Assembly (NCBI RefSeq): GCF_009914755.1
Contig: NC_060929.1
Strand: one strand, 5' to 3'
Source of the DNA: the human T2T-CHM13v2.0 reference genome, Homo sapiens
DNA: 64,000 bases
How positions within the stretch are numbered: position 1 is the stretch's first letter; every line of letters begins with the position of its first letter. This document shows positions 1 through 13,214 of the stretch, in pieces. A model generated the notes under the pieces. That model was not told where the DNA came from. It made no database searches and saw nothing but the letters and a program-made list of their open reading frames with translations. The position numbers were made by a program, and so were the translations under genes.

Positions 1-142
1 TTTTTTTAACTGCAGATTACTGTTGGCTGTTCTTGGACTTCATGTACATAACATTATATGGTGTGTAGTTTTTTTGTGTCTAGCTTTTTTCATTCAACAT
101 AATGTTTTCAGGTTCATCTATGTTGTTGTGTGTATTAGTAGT

Positions 143-182
143 TGTATTAGTTTGTTCTCATATTGCTATAAAGAAATACCTT
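143..182 (-). mobile_element. MaLR LTR (MST/THE1-type) 3'-end stub
   Basis: TGTATTAGTTTGTTCTCATATTGCTATAAAGAAATACCT matches the reverse-complemented 3' end of MST/THE1 LTRs. It stops at the Alu and does not resume. Confidence 0.7.
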
Positions 183-184
183 AG

Positions 185-389
185 GGCCGGGCGCGGTGGC
201 TCACGCCTGTAATACCAGCACTTTGGGAAGCCGAGGCGGGCGGATCACGAGGTCGGGAGATCGAGACCATCCTGGCTAACACGGTGAAACCCTGTCTCTA
301 CTAAAAATACAAAAAATTAGCTGGGCGTGGTGGCTGGCACCTGTAGTCCCAGCTACTTGGGAGGCTGAAGCAGGAGAATGGCATGAACC
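185..389 (+). mobile_element. AluY, 3'-truncated
   Basis: Starts GGCCGGGCGCGGTGGCTCACGCC and carries AluY diagnostics (ATCCTGGCTAACACGGTG, GAATGGCATGAACC). It ends in the right arm with no poly(A). Confidence 0.9.
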
Positions 390-729
390 ACAGCTGCTCA
401 TCAGGTTACCTGGCAAGTGACACTGTGGGTGGGGGGAGTTGTCCCTGGAATAGCTTGCCTGATGGTGTGCTTACAGGCTATCATGCATCAAAGTATTTCC
501 TACATGCCACCAGAAACTGAGAGAAAGAATATTTCAAAAGCTTGGAACTACAAGCACATACTTCAGACAATTAATTTTATCTTTGTATTCCTTTGTAATG
601 CCTTACATCTTTTATTAGCCTTTCTCTACAAATCATGTTGTGTAATTCTTAAGTCATCAGTAGTAATGACATTTATCTTCCTTTTGTAGGTTTAGACCTG
701 CAAGTTTCAAACTGTAGGTTTTACGTCCT

Positions 730-1010
730 TTGCTTTCCCTTTCTTTCCTTCTTCCCTTTTTATGTCACCCTTTTTCTTTCTCTCTTTCCCTTCCTTCCTT
801 CCTCCTTTCTTTCCTTCTTTCTCTTTCGTTTTCTTTCTTTCTTTTTCATTTCTTCCTCTCTTCTCTATTTTCTTCCTCTCTTTCTCCCATTATTTTCATT
901 CTTTCTTTCCTTCCTTTCTTTTTCTTTTCTTTTCTTTTCCTTCCTTCCTTCTTTCTTTCCTTCCTTCCTTCCTTCTCTTTCTCTTTCTCTCCTCCTTCTC
1001 TTTATTTCTG
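730..1010. repeat. Polypyrimidine low-complexity tract, (CTTT/CCTT)n-like
   Basis: About 280 bp of almost pure C/T. It explains the Phe/Ser/Leu ORFs at 730 and 762. Confidence 0.95.
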
Positions 1011-3535
1011 TTGGCTTTCCTTGCTGCTCTTTCTACATGGTTGATTTTTAAATGTTTTAAGGTGGTTTGATGGGATAAGTAAGTATAGCAAAATAGTATT
1101 TATGAAAATAGGTGAAAAAGAAAAATGGAAATCATGAGTGGAAAGATAAGCTGTAACTAGGAATGGGGCTGTTACAATACTGCACATCACAGAGACTTCC
1201 TGGCTAAAGACGAGCTCCAAACTTAGTTCTAAGCCATCTTGCAGTTAACATAAAAAGGGAAAACTGATCAGTCACCATATCCCCAGCTCTTGAGCACATT
1301 GCTGATTTTAACAAAATTGGGATTCCATTAATAAGAAATAAAAGGAGAAAGTTTATTGGGTAAAAAACTAGTGGCTTCTACCACATTCTACCCCTTTGGC
1401 TTTGTAATATTCATACACACTCTTCCTCTCATAAATAGACTACCTTCTCCAGCTTCTCCCTGAGAAATACCACACCATTGTCTCATCCAGTTATTTCATT
1501 CACTTCAAAGATAGGATCTTTTGTAATGTGCTTTCTGATTTTCATCAGGTCTCGAAGTGGCTCCTCATTATCTGTCGAGCAATAAGGTTAAAGGGAGGTT
1601 ATAAGTCTTTGTTTGAAAAAAGGAAGAACAAGAAACATAGCAGGCACTGGCCCACATTAGCACATATCAACCAATTATTGCCAGGCAGGAACAATAAGGA
1701 CTCCCTACTCTAGCAGTGAAATAAATTTCTTGGCTAGCCAAATTTGCTAGGGTCCTGTTGTTTATTACTCTCTGTGGCCACTCAAAAAGAGACGCGGAGA
1801 GGATAACCTTTCAGGACTGCACAGCTTCCACAACTCATTTCTGTGGGTGAAATGTGGGGGCTCCGTTATTTCTTTATTAATTGATTAATCATTTGATGTT
1901 GGATATTTCTTTTTTTGGGGGGTAAAACAATTTTATTATTTTAATTTTATGCTTCAAATTCATGTTATGTACATTAAGTATCATATAAACTTGTCTTTAG
2001 GATATTAATATTTTACTTGGGCAATATTATTTTATCTGAATGTATTCGGAGAAATACAACTTAGCCGTCTGCTCATAAACATCACAAAAGATGAAAAATT
2101 GGAAAACAGAACATTAACAATTGGAAATATTAAATTGACCCTCACACCTTTTTTCTTTTAACTTGCTATTTGGTTAACTTATATTTAGCATTTACGCTTG
2201 AGATTGGTAAAACATGTTATCAATGTATTATGCAAGAGTTTATATCTTTTGCATAAGTGGCCCCCTGGGTTACCCTTACTCTTGACCAAATAAAAAACAA
2301 ACACCACTGGCACCGTATATAAACTATCTTTGTATCATAGGTTGCAAGTCTTGATAAAAGCCAAAACAAATATTTGAGGTTGGAGGTACCACTTAGTAGT
2401 TCTTCTCTGGGCTTAGAGAAGGAAAAAGAATAGTCCCCTGCTGCATTTTATATCTCTTAAAAACAATGGTTCAGCAGCCTAAACCTTTTTGGTTATAAAG
2501 CTTATTACACTAGGGTTTACTTTGAAATATAGTTTACAACCAAATCAAGTATAACATACATACACTGGTAGTTCAGCACAAGGGCAAACTTAAAAAAATA
2601 TTATTTTGGGCCTTTAAAATTAGGCCATAGTATAAAAAACGGTCCATAATCTTACATTCAGAAAATTCATATTAAATATTTAATTTCTGTAGGATAAAGG
2701 CCAAGAGAATTTTACACATGCATCAGTTTATTACACGTATTTACATGCCTCTTTCTTCCCTAGGTACTTACGACTTTCATATTATGGAACTGCCCCAAGC
2801 AAGTTTCCTCTCTCCAAAGCATGTTTTGCAGGAATGATGACTCCAGATCACTTTCAGAATAGGTTGTGCAGTGCTGTAAGACAAAAATATATTTTGAAAG
2901 CTATTGAGTGACCATTAAATACTGTTTATATAAAAGATGGTTTTGGTATATTGTTGTCAGACCCTTACTGACTACATTTAAGAAACAGGGCCATTGGAGT
3001 ATACTATGCCTCATTCTAACGAGTCCCAAGTGCCCTTTCCACCTTCACCACTGTACAATTGACTGAAATGCAACTATTAAAAACATTCACGTTTTCCTTT
3101 AGCAGTGCATCTGGTTGTTGGCTTATTCCTAGTTTGGGTGTTTCTAGAGACTAAACTTTCAGTTGTTTACCTAGTCCTCAGTCCTTGTATGTTTTAGATA
3201 AATGTTTATAATCTGATTCACTAACTTTCAAAATCTACTGATCCATGAATGATAAACTTAAATCACCATTTTCCCCGAACAAGCAAAAGAACAAGTTGAT
3301 TCCTTTACCACTCCCCACATCTAAACTTGAATGGTTTCACTTAAAAGTTACTCAGTTGAGAACACTTAATATCAAGTACAATTATTAATTTAATTACTTT
3401 AAGTTGCACTGATGCTACATTACATCACAATGCACATAAAACAAATGAGGTGAAGTCTAATTATATGTTTTACATTAATTAGCAATTCTACACTAATAGA
3501 TTAATTCCCTGGTGAATTTGTTTCAGACCAACTGA

Positions 3536-3852
<317 letters not shown>

Positions 3853-4018
3853 AACACAACTAAATTTAAACATCAGTACTTTATCTTATTTTATACCTGT
3901 ACTTTAAGTAAGGTTTTAATTTGAAATATCATTATTTCCTTATCTGAAGGAATAAAGGAAACAGGAACCCAGTGGAAGGATAGTTTGGGAAGAACTCTTC
4001 GTGATGGCAGCTCAATCA

Positions 4019-4363
<345 letters not shown>

Positions 4364-5804
4364 GTAAGCTGGGACCTGATAAGCTAGAGCTCCAATTTTG
4401 ATTATTTGGGAAATTTTTATTCTTCCCCCCATTTTGCATGACCTGTTATGCAGCTGCTAATTAATTCCACCCATATCCTCTTTCTTTTTTCTTATGAACC
4501 ATCTTCTGGGAATTCTGATCCTTGGTCTTCTATTAAGTTGCTTTTGGTTCTTACTAATATTTCTAGATTGAGGGGCTAGAATGTTATACCTGTCTCCACC
4601 ACCCATCTTCAGCTTTTTTGTCACTTTTCGGTCAGCTTTTTAGAGAGCAGGGCTTCCAATACCTGTCCTCTTCCTTGCTGCCAAGCTCAAGATAATAGAT
4701 GTTACTTTCTGATGGATCCTTTCCTTTGTCTCAGTATAGAAGTTCTCATAGGTCGATCTGCTAAATGCAGCCTAGGAGCTGAGGCCAATATCTGAGTTTC
4801 CTCAGTACACAAGTCTGAGATAAGTCCTAGCAACCTCAAGCTCAGAACTATGGCGGCAGCAGCTCCCTCTCCATGTCAAAGCCTTCCTGCCTTTCCAGGG
4901 AGAGGCATGGACCAAAGCCCATGGGCACTGAGGAGTGAACTGCTGCCCACCCTGGTGTGTGCAACCCTACCTCCTCCTTCTGCCTCTACTGACCTGATAT
5001 TTCTTTAGAAATACAGTTATTTCTGAAATTTTGTAGCCTTTCAGTCTATTCAATGCCACATGTGAGAAACCATAGCCAAAGATAGTATGGACTCATAATA
5101 TTAATGTCTGAGAAATATTGTTTCCTGGTCACAGGTCTTCATTTTTCACACATAGTCTTTCCTTTTACCTTCTGTCATCAGCAATGTGAAATCACACATT
5201 TGGAGGAAAAGCAACACCCTTTAATCTCTATTTACCAGCAGGTGTGCCTCTTTTGTCCAGCAGAGACCTGGAAGAGAGAGCTGGGAACCCAATACCAGCC
5301 CCTGCTAGGGCTGCTGCTTCAGCTCTGACGTGAAAGGCTTCAGTTTAAGGTAGGAAAGCAATGTGTTTTCTTCACAAAGCTGGTAGACTCTTATCATATA
5401 GGCTTCTCAGACATCTTAGATTGCAGGCCACAGGCCCACACCTGCTCTCTTAGCTGTCAGAATGACTAGCTTTAGTATGAATTCATTTCTTTCAAGTAGG
5501 ACTTTGCAAAACTCAGCAATAAGAAACACGCACATTTTAAATTTTTCTATTACTTCCCTTGATGCTGCAGCTACAATAAGCACAAAAATATAAATATTTA
5601 ATAACCACATTAAAAAGGTCATCAACTTCGCAGCTTGTAATGGGTGAGACCTGTCTACTTCTCTACCTTGTATTCCTGGAGATTTCACATTTTTATTCCT
5701 TTTACTTGCAATATCCCACTTTCAGGTACCCCATTTTGCATCAGAGGAGAGGGTGCAGGCAAGCAGTAGAAAACCCACTACAGTGGCTTAACCAGATGAG
5801 GTTT

Positions 5805-6090
5805 TTTTTAGTCTGTGTAGGCTGCTGTAACTAAATACTCTAGACTGGGTGACTTACACAACAGAAATTTATTTCCCACCGTTCTGGAGGCTAGGGAGTC
5901 TAAGATTAAGGCGCTGCTCTTTTCAGTTCCTCAGATCTCTTTTTCTTCTTCTAAGACCACCAGTCTGATCAGATTAGGTCCCACCCCTATGACCCATTTA
6001 ACCTTAAATACTTCCAAAAGGACCTATCTTCAGTCACATGAGGGGTTAAGACTCCACATAAATTTTGTGGGGACAAAATTCAGTCTATAA
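5805..6090 (-). mobile_element. MLT1A/B-type MaLR LTR, internally deleted
   Basis: GGCTGCTGTAACTAAATACTCTAGACTGGGTGACTTA...TTCTGGAGGCT...GGGGACAAAATTCAGTCTATAA. Confidence 0.7.
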
Positions 6091-7271
6091 TGGCTTTCTT
6101 TAGGCAGACAGAGAGTCCAGAGCTAGGGTAGTAGGTCCATCTGCCTCCCTATCTTCCTGTCTTTAGCATGTAGCTTCTGTTCTAATGGCCACAGGATGCC
6201 TATTTTACATTTGCCCACGTTACTGGTAGAAAGTATGAAGAAGAATTGCATGTTTATCAGGAAGCAAAACTTTTCCCCAGAAATTCCCAGCAGACTGTTG
6301 TTATCGACATTCCATTGATGAGAACTGTTTCATGCAGAGGCCCGTAACTGAAGGGCATGGGGTGCTAGTTGAGTTTTGTAGCTTGGGACAATTTTTCTTG
6401 GAACAAAATTTGAATGCTGTTAGTAAAGGGGAAGAGGCTAATAGATATTGGGAAGATAAATCTCAGGGTTTGTTATAGGGTTCCTCCAGATAGGCTGATT
6501 ATAACACTCACAAGCATTATTCAGTACAATTAAAATAAATCAGGAGCGGGGAAGACTCCTAATATTCTGGATTTATAAGTCTTTGAAATTTTAGTTTAAT
6601 CCACAGAATTCTTTTAAAGTTTCCTCCAAAACATTTTTTTTCTGTATTTCTATTCTCCACAAATATTTTTTTCTGCATCAGAACACCATTTGATTGAACA
6701 CTAACTCTGATATTCAGAGACAGCATCAGATTTTGGTCACTAGTACTAGTCTTTATGTAAGAACCAAGATTCCTTGGAGGATAGCGGAATCCACGTATTG
6801 GACCCAGAAAAATTATGTTTCGCTGAAGTGAATGATAAACCGCTTCTGGGCAGAAGCACTCTTACTCTCTCGGAGTCCTCAGCATCTCAGGAATGAGCTG
6901 CAATACCACATTGTGCCAGTAGATGACGACACCATCTAACATGTGAGGACTCCTTACCCGAAATCCCTTAAATTTCAAGCATCGAATTAGAAATTATTTT
7001 CTGTTATCAAGTATGTTAGTTTGACTTTCTACCAGTTGATTTTAGAAATGAGAAACATATATTGAAATAGTAACATTAAATATCAGAATTTGGTGTGTAT
7101 TTGTCTTTCAATTAGTGGTAATTTCTGCAAAATGAAAATCATCTTCAAGGCAATGCAAATGATTTATTATAGGCGAGCACAAGTTTCCAGGTGAACAAAC
7201 TGTTTTGTGAAGGAGCCAGAGGAAAACTGATTAGATGAGTTTAACTGTTGTGGCCACAAAGTCTTATGGCA

Positions 7272-7482
7272 GCCACTGGTTTTCAATCTTGACTGAATAT
7301 TGAAATATATTTGTACTAACTGCCCAGATTATATTGAAATAATGTAGGCAGTTAAAAAAATACCTGTCTGGTTCTTAACTCAAAAAACGCTCATTTAATT
7401 GGTCTACAGTACGGTCTGAGAGTCAAGCCTTTTAAACGCTTCCCAGGTGATTCTATTTTGCAGCCCATATTGAGAACACCTG
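7272..7482. mobile_element. MER5-family (hAT-Charlie) DNA transposon
   Basis: Starts CTGGTTTTCAATCTTGACTG and ends CTTCCCAGGTGATTCTATTTTGCAGCC...TTGAGAACACCTG. Confidence 0.65.
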
Positions 7483-8028
7483 CCCTTGGCTTAAGGCTCC
7501 CATCACCCCATGTTGCAATTAGTTGCTTAAACGGGCCGATCTCACCCAAATACAGAGTTGGTGATTATCTACCAGGTGTAATCTGTGAAACTAGGAAGGC
7601 CCCTGCTCCTCCTTAGGAAAAAAGCCATGGTGTCTGCACATCTACCATCATGAATGCATTTCTTCGTTGCACAGATAGATGGTAAAACAAACCAATCACA
7701 AACTAACAGAAAAATTCAGGAGAATCACACTCTGAGCTTTATTCAACATTGCTATTAATTTGTTTTAATTGTGTTTCAATGAATGTTCTTTGTGTGAAAG
7801 GGACATAAGGGAAGAGAGTTTTGGAGTTTGACCATGTCGAGGAAGAAGTGAGCAAATGCTAAAGATTTGGGCATGGCTCGAAGAGGATAGGCTCAGTAGG
7901 ACCCAAAGATCAAGTTGTGGGGCCACTGGGGAGCTCAACAGACAGAATACGTTACAGAACACAGGGAGACAATATAATCACTTCTTTAGTTAATCCTCAA
8001 AACAGCCCTACAAGAGAATACTAGCATT

Positions 8029-8429
8029 CTTTCTTTCTTTTTTTTTTTAATTTTACTTTAAGTTCTGGGATACATGTGCAGAATGTGCAGGTTTGTTACA
8101 CAGGTATACATTTGCTGCACCTATCAACCCATCATCTAGGTTTTAAGCCCCGCATGCATCAGATATTTGTCTTAATGCTCTCTCTCCCCTTGCCCCCCAC
8201 TCCTCGACAGGCCCCGGTGTGTGGTGTGTGATGTTCTCCTCCCTGTGTCCATGTGTTCTCATTGTTCAGCTCCCAATGAGTGAGAACATGTGGTGTTTGG
8301 TTTTCTGTTCCTGTGTTGGTTTGCTGAGAATGATGGCTCCCAGCTTCATCCATGTCCCTGCAAAGGACGTTAACTCATTCTTTTTATGGCTGCATGGAAT
8401 ACATATAGTATTCCATGGTGTATATGTGA
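8029..8429 (-). mobile_element. L1PA (L1PA7/8-like) 3' fragment inserted in a MIR
   Basis: Poly(T) plus L1 3'UTR (TTAAGTTCTGGGATACATGTGCAG...). TSD AATACT(A/G)GCATT at 8017-8028 and 8430-8441. MIR-like sequence lies on both sides. Confidence 0.9.
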
Positions 8430-8508
8430 AATACTGGCATTATGTCTACATCACATATAAGGCAACCCAAAAAACAAGAGTGTGTTTCAATAACTTGGCC
8501 AAGGTCAC

Positions 8509-8877
8509 TGTACTAGTCCATTTTTATGCTGCTATAAAGAACTGCCTGAGACTGGGTAAATCATAAACGAAAGAGGTTTAATTGACTCACAGCTCCAAAG
8601 AGCTGTAGAGGCCTCAGAAAATTTACATCAGGGCAGAAGGAAAAAGCAAACACGTCCTTATTCACATGGTGGCAGTAAAGAGAAGAATGAGAACTGAGTG
8701 AAGGGGGAAGACCCTTATATATCCATCAGATCTTATGGGAACTTACTATCACAAGAACGGCATGGGGGAAACCGCCTCCGTGATTCAATTACCTTCCACT
8801 TGGTCCCTCACATCGCACGTGGGGATTACAGAAACTATAAAATGAGATTTGGCTGGGGACGCAGACAATCCATATCA
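8509..8877 (-). mobile_element. THE1C/D solo LTR (MaLR)
   Basis: TG...CA bounded, 369 bp, with GAGACTGGGTAA, GAGGTTTAATTGACTCACAG and CCATATCA. Confidence 0.88.
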
Positions 8878-9182
8878 ATCGCTTAACTGGTAAGTGGCAG
8901 AGCTGCACCATTTGGGGTTCCAACCAATGCATTTCACCCTTCTCATTCATGTTTGCTGCCCTTATGAACTGAATGCCTCCAAGTCCGTTAGCTATATTTC
9001 CTTATTTATTATTTGGAAATGTTAATGCCCCTACATCTTAGAGTTGTACTGAGAAATACAAGGTACAACATATTTAAAAGTGCTCAGAGCACAGCACGAA
9101 GGTCACACTGTTTAGATCCCAGTGCGGTGCGTCCTGTTATTATCTTTCTGACACTTAGACATTACTGCCTCTCTAGACTCAT

Positions 9183-10085
9183 TGCTATGATCTGAATATT
9201 TTGTCTTCCCAAAATACATATGTGAAATCTTTATTTTATTTTATTTTATTTTATTTTACCTTTTCTATGTTTAGATATTTAAAAAAAATTTTCCATAAGA
9301 CATTGGGGTACAGATGGTATTTGGTTACAGGAGTAAGTTCTTTAGTGGTGATTTGTGAGATTTTGGTGCACCCATCACACAAGCAGTACACACTGCACTT
9401 TATTTGTAGTCTTGTATGCTTCGTCCCTCTCCCACTCTTCCTCCCAAGTTTCCAATGTCCATTGTATCATTCTTATGACTTTGCATCCTCATAGCTTGAC
9501 TCCCACATATCAGTGAGAACATGCGATGTTTGGTTTTCCATTCCTGTGTTACTTCACTTAGAATACATATGTTGATATCTTAATCCTCAAAGTTATGGTA
9601 TTAGGAGCTGGAGCCTTTGGGAGATGACTAGGTCCTTAGTGCAGAGCACCCTCATCAATGGAATTAGTGCCTTTATAAAAGAGGCCCCAGAAAAGCAAAA
9701 TGGGTAACTGAGATGATGAATATGTTGATACATTCATCTGTTCCCTGTAGTAACCATCTTACTATATATGTATCCTACAACATCATGTTGTATGACTTAA
9801 ATGTGCACAATAAAATTGTTTTTTTAAAAAAGAAATAGTTCCATTCAAATAAATAATTTATATTAAGTAAATATAAAAGGCCTCAGAGAGCTGCTTTGTT
9901 CCTTTCGCCATTTGAGGACATAGCTAGAAGGTGCTGTCTATGAATTAGAAAGCCCTTACCAGACACTGAATCTGTTGACACCTTGATCTTAGACTTCCCA
10001 GCTTCTAAAACCATGAGAAACTAATTTCTATTGTTTATAAGCCACCCAGTTTATTTTGTTATAGCAGCCTGCACATACTAAGACA
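9183..10085 (+). mobile_element. MLT1A0-like solo LTR containing two nested L1 fragments
   Basis: Starts TGCTATGATCTGAAT and ends TTGTTATAGCAGCC...CTAAGACA. It holds a minus-strand L1PB 3' piece at 9231-9561 (TSD AATACATATGT..ATCTT) and a plus-strand L1MA-like 3' piece at ~9690-9870 (TSD ATAAAAG..GGCC.CAG). Confidence 0.8.
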
Positions 10086-10267
10086 CCCAGAAAACCTCCA
10101 AAAATTTTAAACCACTTAAATAATATGATTATTTAAACAAAGAAAAGCATGAGCAAAAAGTCTGAAAATTTTATTCATTCACTTATTAGGCAAACATTTA
10201 ATAAAAATCTGATATATACTAGCTATTGCAGTAAGGATACAGAGTTAAAAGAGTCATAGATTCCACC

Positions 10268-10642
10268 TGATATGGTTCAGCTGTGTCCCCACCCGAATCT
10301 CATCTTGAATTGCAATTCTCATAGTCCCCATGTGTCAGGGGAGGAACCCAGTGGAAGGTAATTGAATCATGGAAGTGCTTACCCCCATACTTCTGTTTTC
10401 ATGATAGTGAATGAGTTCTCACAAGATCTGAATGGTTTTAAAGGGACTTTACCCCGCTTTACTTGGCTCTTCCTCCTGCCGCCATGTGAATAAGGACAAG
10501 TTTGCTTCCCCTTCTGCCATGATTGTAAGTTTCCTGAGGCCTTCCCAGCCATGTGGAACTGTAAGTCAATTAAACCTCTCTCCTTTATAAATTACCCAGT
10601 ATTGGGTAGTTCTTTACAGCAGTGTGAGAAGAGATTAATACA
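10268..10642 (+). mobile_element. THE1D-like solo LTR
   Basis: Starts TGATATGGTTCAGCTGTGTCCCCACCC, has an ATTAAA signal and ends TAATACA. TSD CCACC/CTACC. Confidence 0.9.
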
Positions 10643-10746
10643 CTACCTACAAGGAGCTTATAGTAATAGCTCAGGCAAATGAATACATTGTAATTTCAGA
10701 ATGGTGGTATAAAATAACATATTTTCTAATACATCTGATATACTAC

Positions 10747-11229
10747 TGTGTTAATCAGCATTCTCTAGAGGTACAGAATTAATAGGAGATATATATATAT
10801 ATAATAGGATATATATATAATAGAATATATATATATATGTGCGTTTATTAAGGAGTATTAACTCACATGATCACAACTCAAGTCCCACGATAGGCCATCT
10901 ACAAGCTAAGGAGCAAGTAAGCCAGTCTGAGTCCCAAAGCTGAAGAACTTGGAGTCTGATGTTTGAGGGCAGAAAGCATCCAGCATGAGGGAAAGATGTA
11001 GGCTCAGAGGCTAAGCCAGTCTAATCTCTCCATGTTCTTCTGCCTGCTTTTATTCTGGCCACACTGGCAGCTGGTTAGATGGTGCCCACACAGATTGAGG
11101 GTGTGTCTGCCTCTCCCGTCCACTGACTCAAATGTTAATCTCCTTTGGCAACACCCTCACAGACACACCAGGAACAATACTTCGCATTCTTAAATCCAAT
11201 CAAGTTGACATTCAATATTAACCATCACA
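10747..11229 (-). mobile_element. MLT2A (HERV-L) solo LTR
   Basis: Ends CAAGTTGACATTCAATATTAACCATCACA, the reverse complement of the MLT2A start. Internal (TA)n. TSD ACTAC/ACTAT. Confidence 0.88.
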
Positions 11230-11247
11230 ACTATTCAGAGTAACTCA

Positions 11248-11473
11248 TAATAACTAAGGTTTATTGAGTACTTACTATGTGCCAGACATTGTGCTCCATG
11301 CTTTATGGTTTCAAATTAATCCTCAGAAGTTCCTTATGAAGTAGGTGTCCACAATATTTCCACACAGAAATGAGAAAACGAAAGCACAGAAAGGTAAAAT
11401 AACTTGTTGAAGTTCTTACAGCTAGGAAAGGGTAAAAACACATCTGGATCTAGACAATCTGACTCCAGAACCT
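11248..11473 (-). mobile_element. MIR SINE
   Basis: TTTATTGAGTACTTACTATGTGCCAG...AATCCTCA...GAGAAAAC.AAAGCACAGA...TCTGACTCCAGA. Confidence 0.8.
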
Positions 11474-12369
11474 GGAAAGAAGCATCTAAGTGATCCTGGG
11501 AGGATCCATGTGAGATGCTAGGAGGCCATGAGCTTTGAATATATGCATATTTTCATTTTTAAAGCGCTCAAACAAGTTTGTGTATTGAAATCCTGTGATA
11601 TAAGTGTTTGCTATCTTCATTTTAGTATTTGTTGAAGCATTTGTTATCTTAATTTTGCATTGATTCTTCCACATCCACATCTGAGAAATGATAAAAAGGA
11701 GCTGTGGTGTGGGAAGCCCCTAGAGCTACAATATAAGCACTAAAAGAATCATAAAGGTCAAGGTCATAAATGGAATGTTTATGACTAACATAGATGTTAG
11801 GTGCCTCAATGAAGAGTTTAAAATTGATGCCAAATTCAGTTTCAGGCCCTGATATGAGCTCTGATAAGGTGGGGTGATGGTGGGATGGGTGATTCTCTGT
11901 GTCTATTGTGCAGTCTGTGCCTAACGGACTGGTCCATGTGCTGTGCTTTAGGACCTTTGGTTATGTCAATTATATGAAGACATGCTTTTTGACATCAAAA
12001 GTAACCTTTCATTGGAGTCCAAATACAGGCCTACGTATTTCATACTTGGTGATGGATTTGAGTGGTGTTCAAATTCTCCCACCTCAAATACCTTGATAGC
12101 CCCACTCAGTAATTCAAGACTGAAAATTTATCATTAATGCTCTTGTTGGTTCAATGGATTGCACCTTTTAAAATGTGAACATCCCTCCTAGAGGGGAAAG
12201 ATCACTTTTTAGAATGTTGTCAGTTATTGAATTGGTTTAACAGTCTCTTCCTAGTCAGGTGACTAAATGCTCCCCCAAAAGAAAAAAAGAAAGCAGAGGC
12301 TTCTTATTTACAGATGTAAGTGTGAACTGAAGAGTTAAGAAGAGTATTAACACAGAGAGGGAAGGGATT

Positions 12370-13069
12370 TCTTTTAGTTCATTTTGTGTTGCTATAAAGA
12401 AATGCCTGAGGCTAATTATTTGACACACAATTCTGATGCCTGGAAAGTTCAAGACTGGGTACGTAGTGAGGGCCTCAATCTGCTTCCACTCATGGTGAAA
12501 GGTGCAAGGGAACCAGTGTGTGCAGAGATAACATGGCAAGAGAAGAGGCAAGTGAGGGGGTGGGAGGTACCAGGCTATTTTTAACAACCAGCTCTTGTGG
12601 AAACAAACAGAATGAGTCTGGGCACAGTGGCTCACACCTGTAATCCCAGCAGTTTGGGAAGCTGAGGTGGGCGGATCACTTGAGGTCAGGAGTTTGAGAC
12701 CGGCCTGACCAACATGACGAAACTCTGTCTCTACTGAAAACACAAAAATTATCTGGGTATGGTGGTGCATGCCTGTAATCTCAGCTACTTGGGAGTCTGA
12801 GACATGAGAATTGCTTGAACCTAGGAGGCAGAGGTTGCAGTGAGCCAAGATTACACCACTGCACTCCAGTCTGGGCAAGAAGTGAGACTCTGTCTCAAAA
12901 CAAACAAACAAAAAACTCACAGAATGAGAATTCACCCTTCCCTAAGAAAAGGCATTAATCCATTTATGAAGGATCTGCCCCCATGACCCAACCGCGTCCT
13001 AGGAGGCCCAACCTTGAATATCAAATTTCAACATAAGGTTTGGAGGGGACAAATATCCAAACTATAGGA
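12370..13069 (-). mobile_element. MST-family (MSTB/C) LTR interrupted by an Alu
   Basis: TTAGTTCATTTTGTGTTGCTATAAAGAAATGCCTGAGGCT...GGAGGGGACAAATATCCAAACTATAG. Confidence 0.75.
12616..12915 (+). mobile_element. AluS (Sx/Sz-like)
   Basis: Full dimer with an (AAAC)n tail. ACAGAATGAG is duplicated on both sides. It is the source of the 226-aa antisense ORF. Confidence 0.92.
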
Positions 13070-13214
13070 GGCACTAGGGCCAGAAAGCTCATTCCACAAT
13101 TCTGCCCTGAACACCTGCAAAGGCTGATGTCACGGGGATTAAATTCAATTAAGGAAGGCTTTCTCTTTCACTGAGGAAGTGACTACATAGAAATAAGTGG
13201 ATATCTTGCTGCCA

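Noticed and set aside
730-1070. Hydrophobic 104-aa and 102-aa ORFs resembling membrane proteins
   Set aside because: They are translations of a C/T low-complexity tract.
12255-12935. 226-aa minus-strand ORF
   Set aside because: It is antisense Alu plus MST LTR sequence, giving a typical Alu-derived peptide.
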